A DNA stretch of 32,000 nucleotides from Candidatus Velamenicoccus archaeovorus (GTDB lineage: Bacteria > Omnitrophota > Gorgyraeia > Velamenicoccales > Velamenicoccaceae): assembly GCF_004102945.1 (NCBI RefSeq), contig NZ_CP019384.1, positions 1,560,001 through 1,592,000 of the forward strand. The letters are read 5' to 3'. The position numbers were made by a program, and so were the translations under genes. Shown here piece after piece: positions 1 through 8,119 of this stretch (the first letter of the stretch is position 1; each line of letters begins with the position of its first letter). The notes under the pieces were generated by a model. That model saw nothing but the letters and a program-made list of their open reading frames with translations. It was not told the DNA's origin and did no database searches.

Positions 1-2
1 GG

Positions 3-410
3 CTCATCCGCACGGCCCGGCATGCGGTCCTCAACGCCAACTATGTCCTGGCCAGGCTTAAAGACCACTATGACACGGCGGCCTCGCGTTGCATGCACGA
101 ATGTGTCTTGTCTGCCGCCCCCCAGACCGCGCACGGCGTCCATGCGCTTGATATCGCCAAATATCTCATCGACTGCGGCTTCCATCCGCCGACGATCTAC
201 TTTCCCCTCATCGTCAAAGAAGCCCTTATGATCGAACCGACGGAGACGGAATCCAAAGAAACCCTGGATCATTTTATCGACTGCATGGTCCGCGCCGCCT
301 GCCTGGCCAAAGAAAATCCGGAAGCCCTTAAAAAAGCGCCTCTCACCACGCCTGTCGCCAGGCTCGATGAAACCAAGGCCGCACGCGAAATGAATTGCGC
401 CTCTATCTAA
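3..410 (+). CDS. gcvPB: Glycine dehydrogenase (decarboxylating) subunit 2, C-terminal fragment; the 5' end lies outside the window
   Basis: Frame 3 is open from base 3 ([23 protein letters not shown]...) and runs into track ORF 93..410. [35 protein letters not shown] is the conserved P-protein subunit-2 C-terminus. Lipoylation genes follow. Confidence 0.85.
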   Translation, partial: LIRTARHAVLNANYVLARLKDHYDTAASRCMHECVLSAAPQTAHGVHALDIAKYLIDCGFHPPTIYFPLIVKEALMIEPTETESKETLDHFIDCMVRAACLAKENPEALKKAPLTTPVARLDETKAAREMNCASI

Positions 411-510
411 AAGAGGCAACCGGCTTAGGTTGACGGACCAACGAAAAAACATCTCTTAACTCGATCCCCGGCAAACCCATGCGCTCGCTACCCCGCAAAG
501 CTCTAAACCC

Positions 511-1353
511 ATGAAAACCTTCCGCCTGATCACGTCCGGATATGCCGACGCAGCCACGAACATGGCCGTCGACGAAGCGCTTTTTTTCTCCTACAGGCAA
601 AACGGCAGCCTGCCGATCCTGCGCCTCTATGGTTGGAGACCCGCCGCATTCTCCTTTGGCGTTTCTCAGGACCCCGCAGCACTTTTCAACTTCAAGGCCC
701 TTGAGGCCTGCGGCACGGCCATGGTACGCCGGCCCACGGGGGGCGGCGCCCTTTTTCATAACGATGAACTGACTTACTGCATTGTAGCCTCGACCGAAGA
801 CCTGGGATTGGAGACGCGCGGCGTCAAGGCATCCTACGGAAGAATTACGTCCTTTCTGATAGAAGCCTACCGGATCCTCGGCCTAGAAGCCTGCTTTGCC
901 GGAGACAGCGGCGTTCACGGCATGGATCACAAAATCGCAGACTTATGTTCGAGCCGTAACGAAGAATACGATATCCTCATCGACGGCAGGAAACTCGGGG
1001 GCAGCGCGCAAAAACGCTCCAAAAACATCATCCTCCAACACGGTTCGATCCCTCTAAGCTTCGATCGCCGCCGGCCGGAACCCTGCCTGCGGCACCCCTT
1101 GCCGGATGTCGCAGATTTAAGCACCCTTCTGAAACGGCGTATCGGCGGACATGAAACATCGGAAGCCGTCGTATCGGCTTTTAAATCCCACTTCTGTGCC
1201 GATTTCCTGGATTCAAGGCTGGACCGGAAGGAAGAAAAAATAGCCGCTCTCCTGAAAGACAACAAGTACGCCGGGGCCGGCTGGAATCTCAAAAGAATCG
1301 ACCCAATGACAGAAACCATCCATGCCTATCGAACGCAGGCCGCCATGGCTTAA
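511..1353 (+). CDS. Lipoate-protein ligase family protein (BPL/LPL catalytic domain only, LplA/LipM-like)
   Basis: 280 aa with ATG start. It has the NMAVDEAL, RRPTGGGALFHNDELTY and GRKLGGSAQKR (catalytic Lys region) motifs typical of LplA/LipM. It overlaps lipA by 32 nt. Confidence 0.8.
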   Translation: MKTFRLITSGYADAATNMAVDEALFFSYRQNGSLPILRLYGWRPAAFSFGVSQDPAALFNFKALEACGTAMVRRPTGGGALFHNDELTYCIVASTEDLGLETRGVKASYGRITSFLIEAYRILGLEACFAGDSGVHGMDHKIADLCSSRNEEYDILIDGRKLGGSAQKRSKNIILQHGSIPLSFDRRRPEPCLRHPLPDVADLSTLLKRRIGGHETSEAVVSAFKSHFCADFLDSRLDRKEEKIAALLKDNKYAGAGWNLKRIDPMTETIHAYRTQAAMA

Positions 1354-2173
1354 AAAAAAGATAGAATTCTCGGGCAGCAAAGAGACGGCCGAACTGCTGG
1401 CCCGCCGCGGTCTCAATACCGTCTGCCGCGAAGCGCGCTGCCCCAACATCTCCGAATGCTACAAGAACCGGCATACGACATTCCTCATCTTGGGAAAAGT
1501 ATGCACCCGTTCCTGCGCCTTTTGCCATGTCGCCAAAGGTACCGCCCCGGAACCCCTTGACCCAACGGAACCTCAACGTGTCGCCGCATGCGCCCGAGAG
1601 ATGGGATTGCGCCACGTCGTTGTCACCAGCGTCACGCGCGACGATCTTGCCGATGGCGGCGCCGGCCACTTTGCGCAGACCATAAAGATGCTGCGACAAA
1701 TCTCATCGCAACCCACCATTGAAGTCCTCGTGCCGGACTTCCAGGGAAACAGGGATGCCGTCGCCGCCGTTGCCGCCAACACGCCCGACATCTTCGGGCA
1801 TAATCTGGAGACTGTCCGCCGCCTTTATCACCTGAGGCCAGGGGCGGATTACAGGCGTTCCCTCGACGTCCTCGCCTCGGCTAAAAAGAAAAACGCACGC
1901 CTCAAAACAAAAACAGCCCTCATGCTGGGGTTGGGAGAAACGCAGAGTGAAGTCACGGAGGCATTCCGTGACTTAAAAAGCGTGGATTGCGACTTTCTGG
2001 CGCTGGGGCAATATCTGAGACCGGACAAAAAAAATACCGAGGTCAAGGAATATCTCCCCCCCGGAATGTTTGAAGAGTACTGCCGGATCGCCCTCTCTCT
2101 GGGCTTCCTCCATGTCGAAAGCGCGCCTTACGTGCGCAGCTCATACCATGCAGGATCTTATCTAAAGCCTTAA
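1322..2173 (+). CDS. lipA: Lipoyl synthase
   Basis: Carries both LipA cysteine motifs: CREARCPNISEC (auxiliary cluster) and CTRSCAFC (radical SAM CxxxCxxC). The conserved C-terminal SSY is present. Confidence 0.95.
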   Translation: MPIERRPPWLKKKIEFSGSKETAELLARRGLNTVCREARCPNISECYKNRHTTFLILGKVCTRSCAFCHVAKGTAPEPLDPTEPQRVAACAREMGLRHVVVTSVTRDDLADGGAGHFAQTIKMLRQISSQPTIEVLVPDFQGNRDAVAAVAANTPDIFGHNLETVRRLYHLRPGADYRRSLDVLASAKKKNARLKTKTALMLGLGETQSEVTEAFRDLKSVDCDFLALGQYLRPDKKNTEVKEYLPPGMFEEYCRIALSLGFLHVESAPYVRSSYHAGSYLKP

Positions 2174-2199
2174 AACAGCATGCATCCGCGGCTGAACCG

Positions 2200-2451
2200 T
2201 TATAAGCGGCTTTTCAGCAGTATAGCGATGATCGCAGCCATGGCGGCAACCACAAGAAACAATCCCATCGCCTTCGTGTTACGCACCTCTTTCTGCATGG
2301 AAACAGGCTGCATATTCCAGTTGATCCGCCGATAGAAAGCGATCTGGAACTGGATGGCCTTGTCCGGTTTAAGGTAAATGAAAAGGCCGACGATAAGACT
2401 CAACGCTGAAAAAAGATACAATGCGGGAAAACAATAAAGCAATCGCCACAT
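2200..2451 (-). CDS. Small two-TM membrane protein, hypothetical
   Basis: The track ORF starts at a GTG (2457). The ATG at 2451 is preceded by AAGGAGG with a 5-nt spacer, and there are two hydrophobic helices. No family recognised. Confidence 0.5.
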   Translation of the reverse strand: MWRLLYCFPALYLFSALSLIVGLFIYLKPDKAIQFQIAFYRRINWNMQPVSMQKEVRNTKAMGLFLVVAAMAAIIAILLKSRL

Positions 2452-2460
2452 ACCCACCTC

Positions 2461-2821
2461 CTTATCCCACCTCCGGTGGGATAACCCCGCAGCCTGCGCC
2501 GTTCATTTTGTGAGTGCCTCTGGCGCATATGAACAAAATGAACAAGCCGATTAGGCAAGGGGTCCTCTCTCTCGTTTCCCTCCGCCTCTGGCGGGATGAC
2601 TCCGATCACCCGGCCCCATCGGATGGGCCGGTGCGCCGCTTTCTGCGGCGGCGTATCTTGAAAATATCTGGATGCACCTGGCCTTATCAGAAAGGCCAGT
2701 ATTCCGCTTTCTGCGGAACCCGTCCGAACTCTGTGAGGACTGGTCGCAGACAGATATTTTCGAGATGTTTACGCGAGGAGTCTTGCCTCGATTTCCCTCC
2801 GCCTCCGGCGGAACGACCTCC
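2461..2821. repeat. Cluster of eight GC-rich hairpins, including two pairs of near-identical repeat units, in an ORF-free intergenic region
   Basis: Hairpins at 2464-2482, 2582-2594, 2610-2631, 2634-2650, 2678-2699, 2702-2718, 2774-2790 and 2798-2812. The 30-nt units at 2574-2603 and 2791-2821 are near-identical. CCGCTTTCTGCGG occurs at both 2636-2648 and 2704-2716. Confidence 0.6.
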
Positions 2822-2843
2822 TTGTGCCCGATACCCCGCAAGA

Positions 2844-3626
2844 TCACTCTTCGAATTTCGGCGTGCGGCCGGCCCTTGAAAAAAACCGGACAAGATTCAA
2901 GGCAATCAGCCCAAGGACACCGGCAAGGCTGACAAGGAAAACCGACCGCCAGAACACATTGGCGGCCTTGAGGATCCTGATGTCTTCGACGAAAATAACC
3001 TCACAGGCCCCGGCGCCGCTGTCTGTGCGGCTGGTGCTCGTATGCCAGCTGACTTCGGCCGGTGAATCCCAATCGCCGCCGGCACCAAGCTTGCGGGCCT
3101 TGACGTTCACCAGCTTTCCCGTGATCTTGATCTGGTCCCCATAAACCAGAAAACCGATGATCCTCTCAAATTTCCTGCTGTTCATCAAGAGATGATTGTT
3201 GGAAAGCTGGTTCAGATTGAACGGCAGAGACTCTCTCCACTGCGCCCAGCAGAACCGACAGTCCTGAGAAAAAGACAAAGTGTTGGCCCGATATGACTTT
3301 TTCGAAAGGTTGTCTCCCCAGATCAGACAAAGGTCAAAAGGAAACACCTTATCGAAATTATAAATACTGAACGTCCGGTAATTAAGCTTGTGCACGAGCA
3401 TGGCGTTGATCTCGTAATGATACAGCGGCTCAAGCTCATAGGCATAACCGTTGGCCCTGAAGGTAATAGGCGGGGATACCGGGAGGGGTGTCTGGATGGG
3501 GTCCTGGAGGGCCTCGGCGGCAATGCCAACGACACCCTTATAGTTGTTGCGGCCGAAAAAAGAAACGACCAGCAACCCCAAAAGTATCCAAAAAAGGTTC
3601 TTCCTGACGAAAGACAGGATTTCCAC
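2844..3626 (-). CDS. Hypothetical protein with N- and C-terminal transmembrane anchors
   Basis: 260-aa ORF with a GTG start and no clear SD. Hydrophobic segments lie at both ends (LFWILLGLLVVSFF; VFLVSLAGVLGLIALNLV). No family recognised; the start is uncertain. Confidence 0.55.
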   Translation of the reverse strand: MEILSFVRKNLFWILLGLLVVSFFGRNNYKGVVGIAAEALQDPIQTPLPVSPPITFRANGYAYELEPLYHYEINAMLVHKLNYRTFSIYNFDKVFPFDLCLIWGDNLSKKSYRANTLSFSQDCRFCWAQWRESLPFNLNQLSNNHLLMNSRKFERIIGFLVYGDQIKITGKLVNVKARKLGAGGDWDSPAEVSWHTSTSRTDSGAGACEVIFVEDIRILKAANVFWRSVFLVSLAGVLGLIALNLVRFFSRAGRTPKFEE

Positions 3627-4046
3627 AGCGCTATTATATCACGACACCTGGGAAAAATAAGGGGGAATTCCAAAAGGGACAAAACGGCGGGCCTTTTGGC
3701 GGCAAACTGATGGCTCCGCCATGCGCGACAGCGCCAATGAATATGTATTTAACTCTTTGTAATGGAAGTAGTTACGAAATTCCAGAGGATTTGACCTGGC
3801 AAAAAAAGGACAAGGGGAGAAATCTGTTATAGATTACCGGGCATAGCCTGCCCTCTAGTAGTTTCTCCCCCTGTCTAATATCTTGTTTCGCTATCTACTG
3901 CAAATTTAACACAAGAAACGCAGGATTTTCAAGGGGTGATAAAAAAGAAAAAATAATTATTTTACAAGGAGAGGAATGCCGGAAAAATATTTTTACGAAA
4001 AACAACCGTTTTATTTTTTGTCGAAAAGCCTCTCCAAAAACCCTCC

Positions 4047-4532
4047 TCATAAACTCGTCAGCTCCGCGTATCTTTCGGGAAATCTGTAACCGCGCCACGT
4101 GATGACGCCCTCTTTGTTGATGATCAAAAAGACGGGGACACCGCCGATATCGTAAATGTCGCAGATTTTCCCATCCTCATCCAAGAGGACAGGGAAAGGA
4201 AGGCCTTGCTTGCCGGCGAAACTTGCGACCTTGGCGGCCGCTTCCTTCTTGTTCACGGCCAGGACCTCAAAACCCTCCTTCTCCAATTTCTGATATCTCT
4301 CCTTGAGATTATTGAGCTCGAACGGACAATAAAGGCCGTTCGTCTTCCAGAACATGATGATGACGTTCTTTTTGTCCTTGTAATCGGAAAGCGAAACCGT
4401 CCGTCCTGCTGTCGATACCAACGTAAAATCCTGCGCCAGCTTCCCTTCGCCTGCGGCCGCCATCAAATCCTGGAAAGACAACACCAGAAGAAACCCCAAA
4501 AAAACCATACCTATCGCTATTTTTACTTTCAT
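4047..4532 (-). CDS. Exported thioredoxin-fold redoxin (AhpC/TSA-TlpA-like) with a single active-site Cys
   Basis: ATG preceded by GGAGGAG. There is a signal-like N-terminus, and the redoxin layout FTLVS..G..VSLSDYK.K.VIIMFW....CP.E...L has CPFE in place of CxxC. Confidence 0.75.
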   Translation of the reverse strand: MKVKIAIGMVFLGFLLVLSFQDLMAAAGEGKLAQDFTLVSTAGRTVSLSDYKDKKNVIIMFWKTNGLYCPFELNNLKERYQKLEKEGFEVLAVNKKEAAAKVASFAGKQGLPFPVLLDEDGKICDIYDIGGVPVFLIINKEGVITWRGYRFPERYAELTSL

Positions 4533-4610
4533 ACCATCTCCTCCTGCAACACCATAATTTCGGTTAAAGCTATTCCCTTTGGCGGCTTTTAAAAAACCGG
4601 CTCACCACGC

Positions 4611-4982
4611 CTACTTTTCCGAAGAATCCTCAAGATCCTTATCCTCCTGCGTCGCTTCGCCGCCTGCGCTCTCCTTCTTCGTTTCAGTCTTTTTGGTCCG
4701 GATGGCGCGATATTCCCTTTTGATGGACGCCAGGTCTCTCTTCAACCGGGCGGTATCCTGGCTCAGTCTCTCTTTGGCAAGCTTGACCGCCTGGGGGTTA
4801 TTGGCTTTCTTGGCCGCTGCCAGTAATCTGCGATCGATAGCAATGGCCTGCCTATCCGAAATAATGACGGGGTTCTTGTTGACGTCAGGCGCTTGCGCGC
4901 AGACGCGCGCCGGCCAGGCCGCCATAAGAAATAATACGGCCAGCATGACTACTTTTTGTCCGAAATATTCCCCCCTGCCCAT
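4611..4982 (-). CDS. Secreted hypothetical protein with a Lys/Glu-rich C-terminus
   Basis: The track ORF extends to 5027. The ATG at 4982 has AAGGAG upstream and yields a signal peptide (VVMLAVLFLMAAWPARVCAQA). No family recognised. Confidence 0.5.
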   Translation of the reverse strand: MGRGEYFGQKVVMLAVLFLMAAWPARVCAQAPDVNKNPVIISDRQAIAIDRRLLAAAKKANNPQAVKLAKERLSQDTARLKRDLASIKREYRAIRTKKTETKKESAGGEATQEDKDLEDSSEK

Positions 4983-5137
4983 AGTGCTCCTTTTCATTTG
5001 CGGCCGCTTTTCCGCCCTTCTTCGCATTTCTTTTTATTATATGCCGATAAAAAATAAAAAGCCAGGATTTAAGCCTTCCGGGCCAACGCCGCATTTTGCC
5101 CCGCTGTGGGACGCCGGACAACATCGACGGAGGGCAC

Positions 5138-5169
5138 AAAAAACGGGGCGGGAAAATCCCGCCCCGTTT
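5138..5169 (-). terminator. Intrinsic terminator after the Cys-rich peptide gene
   Basis: 11-bp GC stem ACGGGGCGGGA/TCCCGCCCCGT with a 4-nt loop, followed on the minus strand by TTTTTT. Confidence 0.8.
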
Positions 5170-5191
5170 GACCAGGCTCGCCGCCAGCTGC

Positions 5192-5413
5192 TTATTTCTT
5201 GCAGCAAGCGCCGCCCTGACAACACTTGGACGCAGCACAGGCGCATGCACCATCCTTGCAGCAAGCGCATGCACAGGCGCAGGCGCCCTTCTGACAGCAT
5301 GCTTCGATGGCACAGCCGCCGCCCTTAGCCCCACAACACTTCCCTTCCGCATAGGCCTGTCCCGTCAACAGAAACAAGGCCATGAACAGCACAAACAAAA
5401 GTGACTTATTCAT
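5192..5413 (-). CDS. Sec-signal-bearing, extremely Cys-rich small protein (metallothionein-like)
   Basis: ATG with AAAGGAG 6 nt upstream. The signal peptide MNKSLLFVLFMALFLLTGQAYA is followed by a 51-aa mature part with 16 Cys (CC pairs and CACACACC). A terminator lies directly downstream. Confidence 0.75.
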   Translation of the reverse strand: MNKSLLFVLFMALFLLTGQAYAEGKCCGAKGGGCAIEACCQKGACACACACCKDGACACAASKCCQGGACCKK

Positions 5414-5448
5414 AGATACTCCTTTGTTATGAATGTTTGAAAAACAAC

Positions 5449-5742
5449 TTATGACGGATCAGCGAGGGCCGGATTCGGGGGATGAAAAACGGTACGGACA
5501 GCCTTGTGTTGATACGCAAACTCCGGCGCCAGCGGGAGTGCGCCGGCCGAAACGAGGCGCGGGGAAAAGACATCCCTTTCTATCTTTGCCGGGCTGACAC
5601 ACACATGAAGACAGGCAAGGATCTTGCAATGGCATGACGCGCAGCAACACGCATGGTCAGGGGCAGAGAAAACAACAGGGATGCCGCCAAAAAAAATGAC
5701 GGCAACCATCAAAATGATCAGGATTTTATGGCGTTTATGCAT
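5449..5742 (-). CDS. Membrane-anchored Cys/His-rich hypothetical protein
   Basis: 97 aa. One N-terminal TM helix is followed by DHACCCASCHCKILACLHVC. It sits 36 nt upstream of the Cys-rich peptide gene on the same strand. No SD was seen, so confidence is modest. Confidence 0.45.
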   Translation of the reverse strand: MHKRHKILIILMVAVIFFGGIPVVFSAPDHACCCASCHCKILACLHVCVSPAKIERDVFSPRLVSAGALPLAPEFAYQHKAVRTVFHPPNPALADPS

Positions 5743-5880
5743 AAAGCAAGTTTAGTATATATCTATCGGGTGCTCAAGCCTTGGTCGACGGACTTCCCTC
5801 ATGGCCCTTCGATCCCAAACTTCGATGAGGCTGCCTCGGGAACTCTTCTCTTTGACCAGCTTCTCCAAATCCGATTAGAA

Positions 5881-6300
5881 TTATTTCAGCCAGTCTTTTA
5901 TTTTTTGCTTAATTTGATCCCTGATCGTTCTTGTTTTTTCCAGCTTTTCATCGTAGGCGCCCTCAAAAGCCGCCGGATCGTCAAAGCCCCAATGAAGTCT
6001 CCTGCCGCTCCCCGGAAATGCCGGACATCTGCCTGACTGCGATTCATCGCAAACTGTGATCACATAATCATATTGCTTGCCCTGCTTGTAAAAATCAAAC
6101 ACACTCTTGGTCTTGTTTTGCGAAATGTCGACCCCGGCTTCCTTCATGACCTCGACAACAATAGGATTCAGCTTGCCTGGCTCAAGACCTGCGCTCTCAA
6201 CATCAAACCTATCCGGCGCCATCTGCTTGAGGAAGGCCTCAGCCATCTGAGACCGGGCGGAGTTGTGGACGCAGACAAACAAGACTTTCTGTTTAGTCAT
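5881..6300 (-). CDS. arsC: Arsenate reductase, LMW-PTPase (thioredoxin-coupled) type
   Basis: The [18 protein letters not shown]-loop (CX5R) and downstream Cys residues are present. The ATG at 6300 overlaps the acr3 stop (ATGACTAA). The track's extension to 6339 starts at a TTG inside acr3. Confidence 0.9.
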   Translation of the reverse strand: MTKQKVLFVCVHNSARSQMAEAFLKQMAPDRFDVESAGLEPGKLNPIVVEVMKEAGVDISQNKTKSVFDFYKQGKQYDYVITVCDESQSGRCPAFPGSGRRLHWGFDDPAAFEGAYDEKLEKTRTIRDQIKQKIKDWLK

Positions 6301-7339
6301 GAAAATACCTGTTTTTGAATCTGAGGGCGACGCTGACAAGGCTGATGAGCACCGGAACCTCTACGAGAGGCCCGATCACAGCCGCAAACGCCTCGCCCGA
6401 ATTGATCCCAAAGACAGCCACGGCCACCGCGATGGCCAGCTCAAAATTGTTGCTGGCAGCGGTAAAGGCAAGTGTCGATGTTCTGGCGTAACCGGCATGG
6501 ATTTTGACACCCAAATAGAAAGATACCAAAAACATCACAACGAAATATATAAGAAGTGGTACGGCTATGCGCACGACATCAAGGGGGATCTTGACGATAT
6601 ATTCTCCCTTCAAGGAAAACATGACGACGATGGTAAAAAGCAACGCGATGAGGGTGACGGGACTAACCCTGGGAATGAATTTCTTTTCATACCACTCTTT
6701 ACCTTGAAGCCTGATAAGGACAAAACGGGTCATAAGCCCTGCGATAAAAGGGATCCCCAGGTAGATGAAAACGCTCTTGGCGATCTGGGATATCGTGACA
6801 TGCACCGCCATACCGCGAAGACCGAACCAGGTCGGAAGAATTGTAATAAACACCCATGCGTACACGGAGTAAAACAGCACCTGAAATACGGAATTCAGCG
6901 CAACCAGGCCGGCGCAATACTCGGTATCGCCGCGGGCCAGCTCGTTCCACACGATGACCATCGCGATGCAACGCGCCAGCCCGATCATGATCAAGCCGAC
7001 CATATATTGCGGATAATTCCGCAGGAACGCGATCGCCAGCACAAACATCAAAACCGGGCCGATGATCCAGTTCTGGACCAGCGAAAGCCCTAAAACCTTG
7101 TAGTCGCGAAAGACATCTTTCAATTCTTCATACCTGACCTTGGCCAGCGGCGGATACATCATGAGAATCAAACCGATGGCGATCGGAACATTGGTCGTCC
7201 CAACCTGAAACTTATCCCAGAAATTCACGATTTGAGGAAAAAGGTATCCTGACCCGACGCCTACAACCATGGCCAGAAAGATCCAAAGGGTCAACAACCT
7301 GTCCAAAAATGAAAGTTTTCCAACAATGCCATCGCTCAT
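6293..7339 (-). CDS. acr3: Arsenite efflux permease, ACR3 family
   Basis: 348 aa and about 10 TM segments. The N-terminus [21 protein letters not shown]...[22 protein letters not shown] is characteristic of ACR3. It is translationally coupled on both sides. Confidence 0.93.
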   Translation of the reverse strand: MSDGIVGKLSFLDRLLTLWIFLAMVVGVGSGYLFPQIVNFWDKFQVGTTNVPIAIGLILMMYPPLAKVRYEELKDVFRDYKVLGLSLVQNWIIGPVLMFVLAIAFLRNYPQYMVGLIMIGLARCIAMVIVWNELARGDTEYCAGLVALNSVFQVLFYSVYAWVFITILPTWFGLRGMAVHVTISQIAKSVFIYLGIPFIAGLMTRFVLIRLQGKEWYEKKFIPRVSPVTLIALLFTIVVMFSLKGEYIVKIPLDVVRIAVPLLIYFVVMFLVSFYLGVKIHAGYARTSTLAFTAASNNFELAIAVAVAVFGINSGEAFAAVIGPLVEVPVLISLVSVALRFKNRYFHD

Positions 7340-7641
7340 CTTTTACTCTTTGTTTTAATCTTGCAACATCCGCCCTCGATCTTTATCGCTTTGATGTTGA
7401 CCAAGGCATCGGCTATTTTTTTATGCGCTGAGGCAATAATCCTGGAGAATGTCGGCCGGGAGATCTTCATCAGCTTGGCCGCATCGACTTGCTTCATTTC
7501 TTCAAGATAGGCAAGCCGCATGGCCTCAAACTCATCAATGCTTAAAATAACACCATCGAGCCTGCGTGGCGGTCTGCATTTCGGACGAAAGCACCTCTCC
7601 CCCGGCAAACACTTGACCCATCTTGTCTTTTTCGGCCTCAT
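7336..7641 (-). CDS. DUF134 (UPF0251) family putative DNA-binding protein
   Basis: [11 protein letters not shown]....F.P......[33 protein letters not shown]...[19 protein letters not shown] matches my memory of the DUF134 signature. Its stop overlaps the acr3 ATG (ATGA). Confidence 0.85.
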   Translation of the reverse strand: MRPKKTRWVKCLPGERCFRPKCRPPRRLDGVILSIDEFEAMRLAYLEEMKQVDAAKLMKISRPTFSRIIASAHKKIADALVNIKAIKIEGGCCKIKTKSKR

Positions 7642-7655
7642 GGACCCCCCGGTAT

Positions 7656-7675
7656 TTATGAACCAATGTTCATAA
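7656..7675. promoter_or_regulatory. Perfect palindrome TTATGAAC-CAAT-GTTCATAA, candidate operator of the DUF134-acr3-arsC operon
   Basis: 8-bp arms with a 4-bp spacer, read directly. It lies 15 nt upstream of the DUF134 ATG. Confidence 0.4.
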
Positions 7676-7749
7676 TTATTTTATCGCGGGATCCTCTTGT
7701 GTCAATGAATTCTGAAAAACGACAAGTATGTACGCAAAAGGACGGCCTC

Positions 7750-7780
7750 AAAAAAAGGACCGCCTTTTTCAAGGCGGTCC
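7750..7780 (-). terminator. Intrinsic terminator of the two-small-ORF unit
   Basis: Stem GGACCGCC/GGCGGTCC with loop TTTTTCAA. An A7 run on the plus strand gives a U7 tail on the minus strand. Confidence 0.8.
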
Positions 7781-7951
7781 TTTCAAGGATTGTCCTTCGT
7801 CGCGCTTCGCTTGCTCAGGACAATGGCGCGCACAACCGAACCACGTCCGATTTATCCGCTATTTTTAAGCTGAATTATCTCCGGCTTCTTGCGCCGCAAT
7901 AAGCAGAAATATATCCGCTCTCAAGAGACGGACATTTCGCCTCTTTAGGAG

Positions 7952-8110
7952 CTAACGTCCTTCGTTTTTATGCTTCGAATAACAATCTTTGCAGTATATC
8001 GGTCGACCATCCCTTGGCTTAAAAGGGACTTCGCACTCTTTCTTGCAATCTGAGCAAATCGCCTTGTGCATCTCCCGCGGACGGCTGAATCCGCCATCTT
8101 GATACCCCAT
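7952..8110 (-). CDS. CxxC-x17-CxxC zinc-ribbon small protein (52 aa; below the ORF-track cutoff)
   Basis: My translation is MGYQDGGFSRPREMHKAICSDCKKECEVPFKPRDGRPIYCKDCYSKHKNEGR. GGAGGG sits 5 nt upstream, and the cysteine spacing is exactly CxxC-17-CxxC. Confidence 0.7.
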   Translation of the reverse strand: MGYQDGGFSRPREMHKAICSDCKKECEVPFKPRDGRPIYCKDCYSKHKNEGR

Positions 8111-8119
8111 TATTCCCTC

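Noticed and set aside
2461-2821. Annotating the hairpin-repeat cluster as a CRISPR array.
   Set aside because: The repeat units differ from each other. Spacing is irregular (about 115, 54, 68 and 95 nt between centres). There are at most two or three similar units and no cas genes in the window. It is reported as a repeat and a finding instead.
3810-3850. Possible fourth, inverted copy of the 40-nt terminator-adjacent element (shared AAGGG...TATAGA with the same 11-nt spacing).
   Set aside because: Apart from those two short words, only 3 of 11 intervening positions match. This is too weak to call homology.
3976-4089. A 37-aa plus-strand ORF (MPEKYFYEKQPFYFLSKS...) preceded by AAGGAGAGG.
   Set aside because: The SD-to-ATG spacing is very short. 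The ORF runs antisense into the 3' end of the redoxin gene, and there is no recognisable motif. The evidence is insufficient.
4579-5404. Overlapping ORFs 4579..5328 (+), 4885..5352 (-), 5037..5300 (-) and 5096..5404 (+) around the Cys-rich peptide gene.
   Set aside because: These are Arg/Ala/Pro-rich products of GC-rich sequence read out of frame. None has an RBS or signal sequence, whereas the 5192..5413 frame has an SD, a signal peptide and a terminator.
6263-7093. A 276-aa plus-strand ORF (His/Asp/Lys-rich) lying antisense to acr3.
   Set aside because: It lies entirely within the well-supported ACR3 gene on the other strand. It is low-complexity and has no RBS, which is typical of a shadow ORF.
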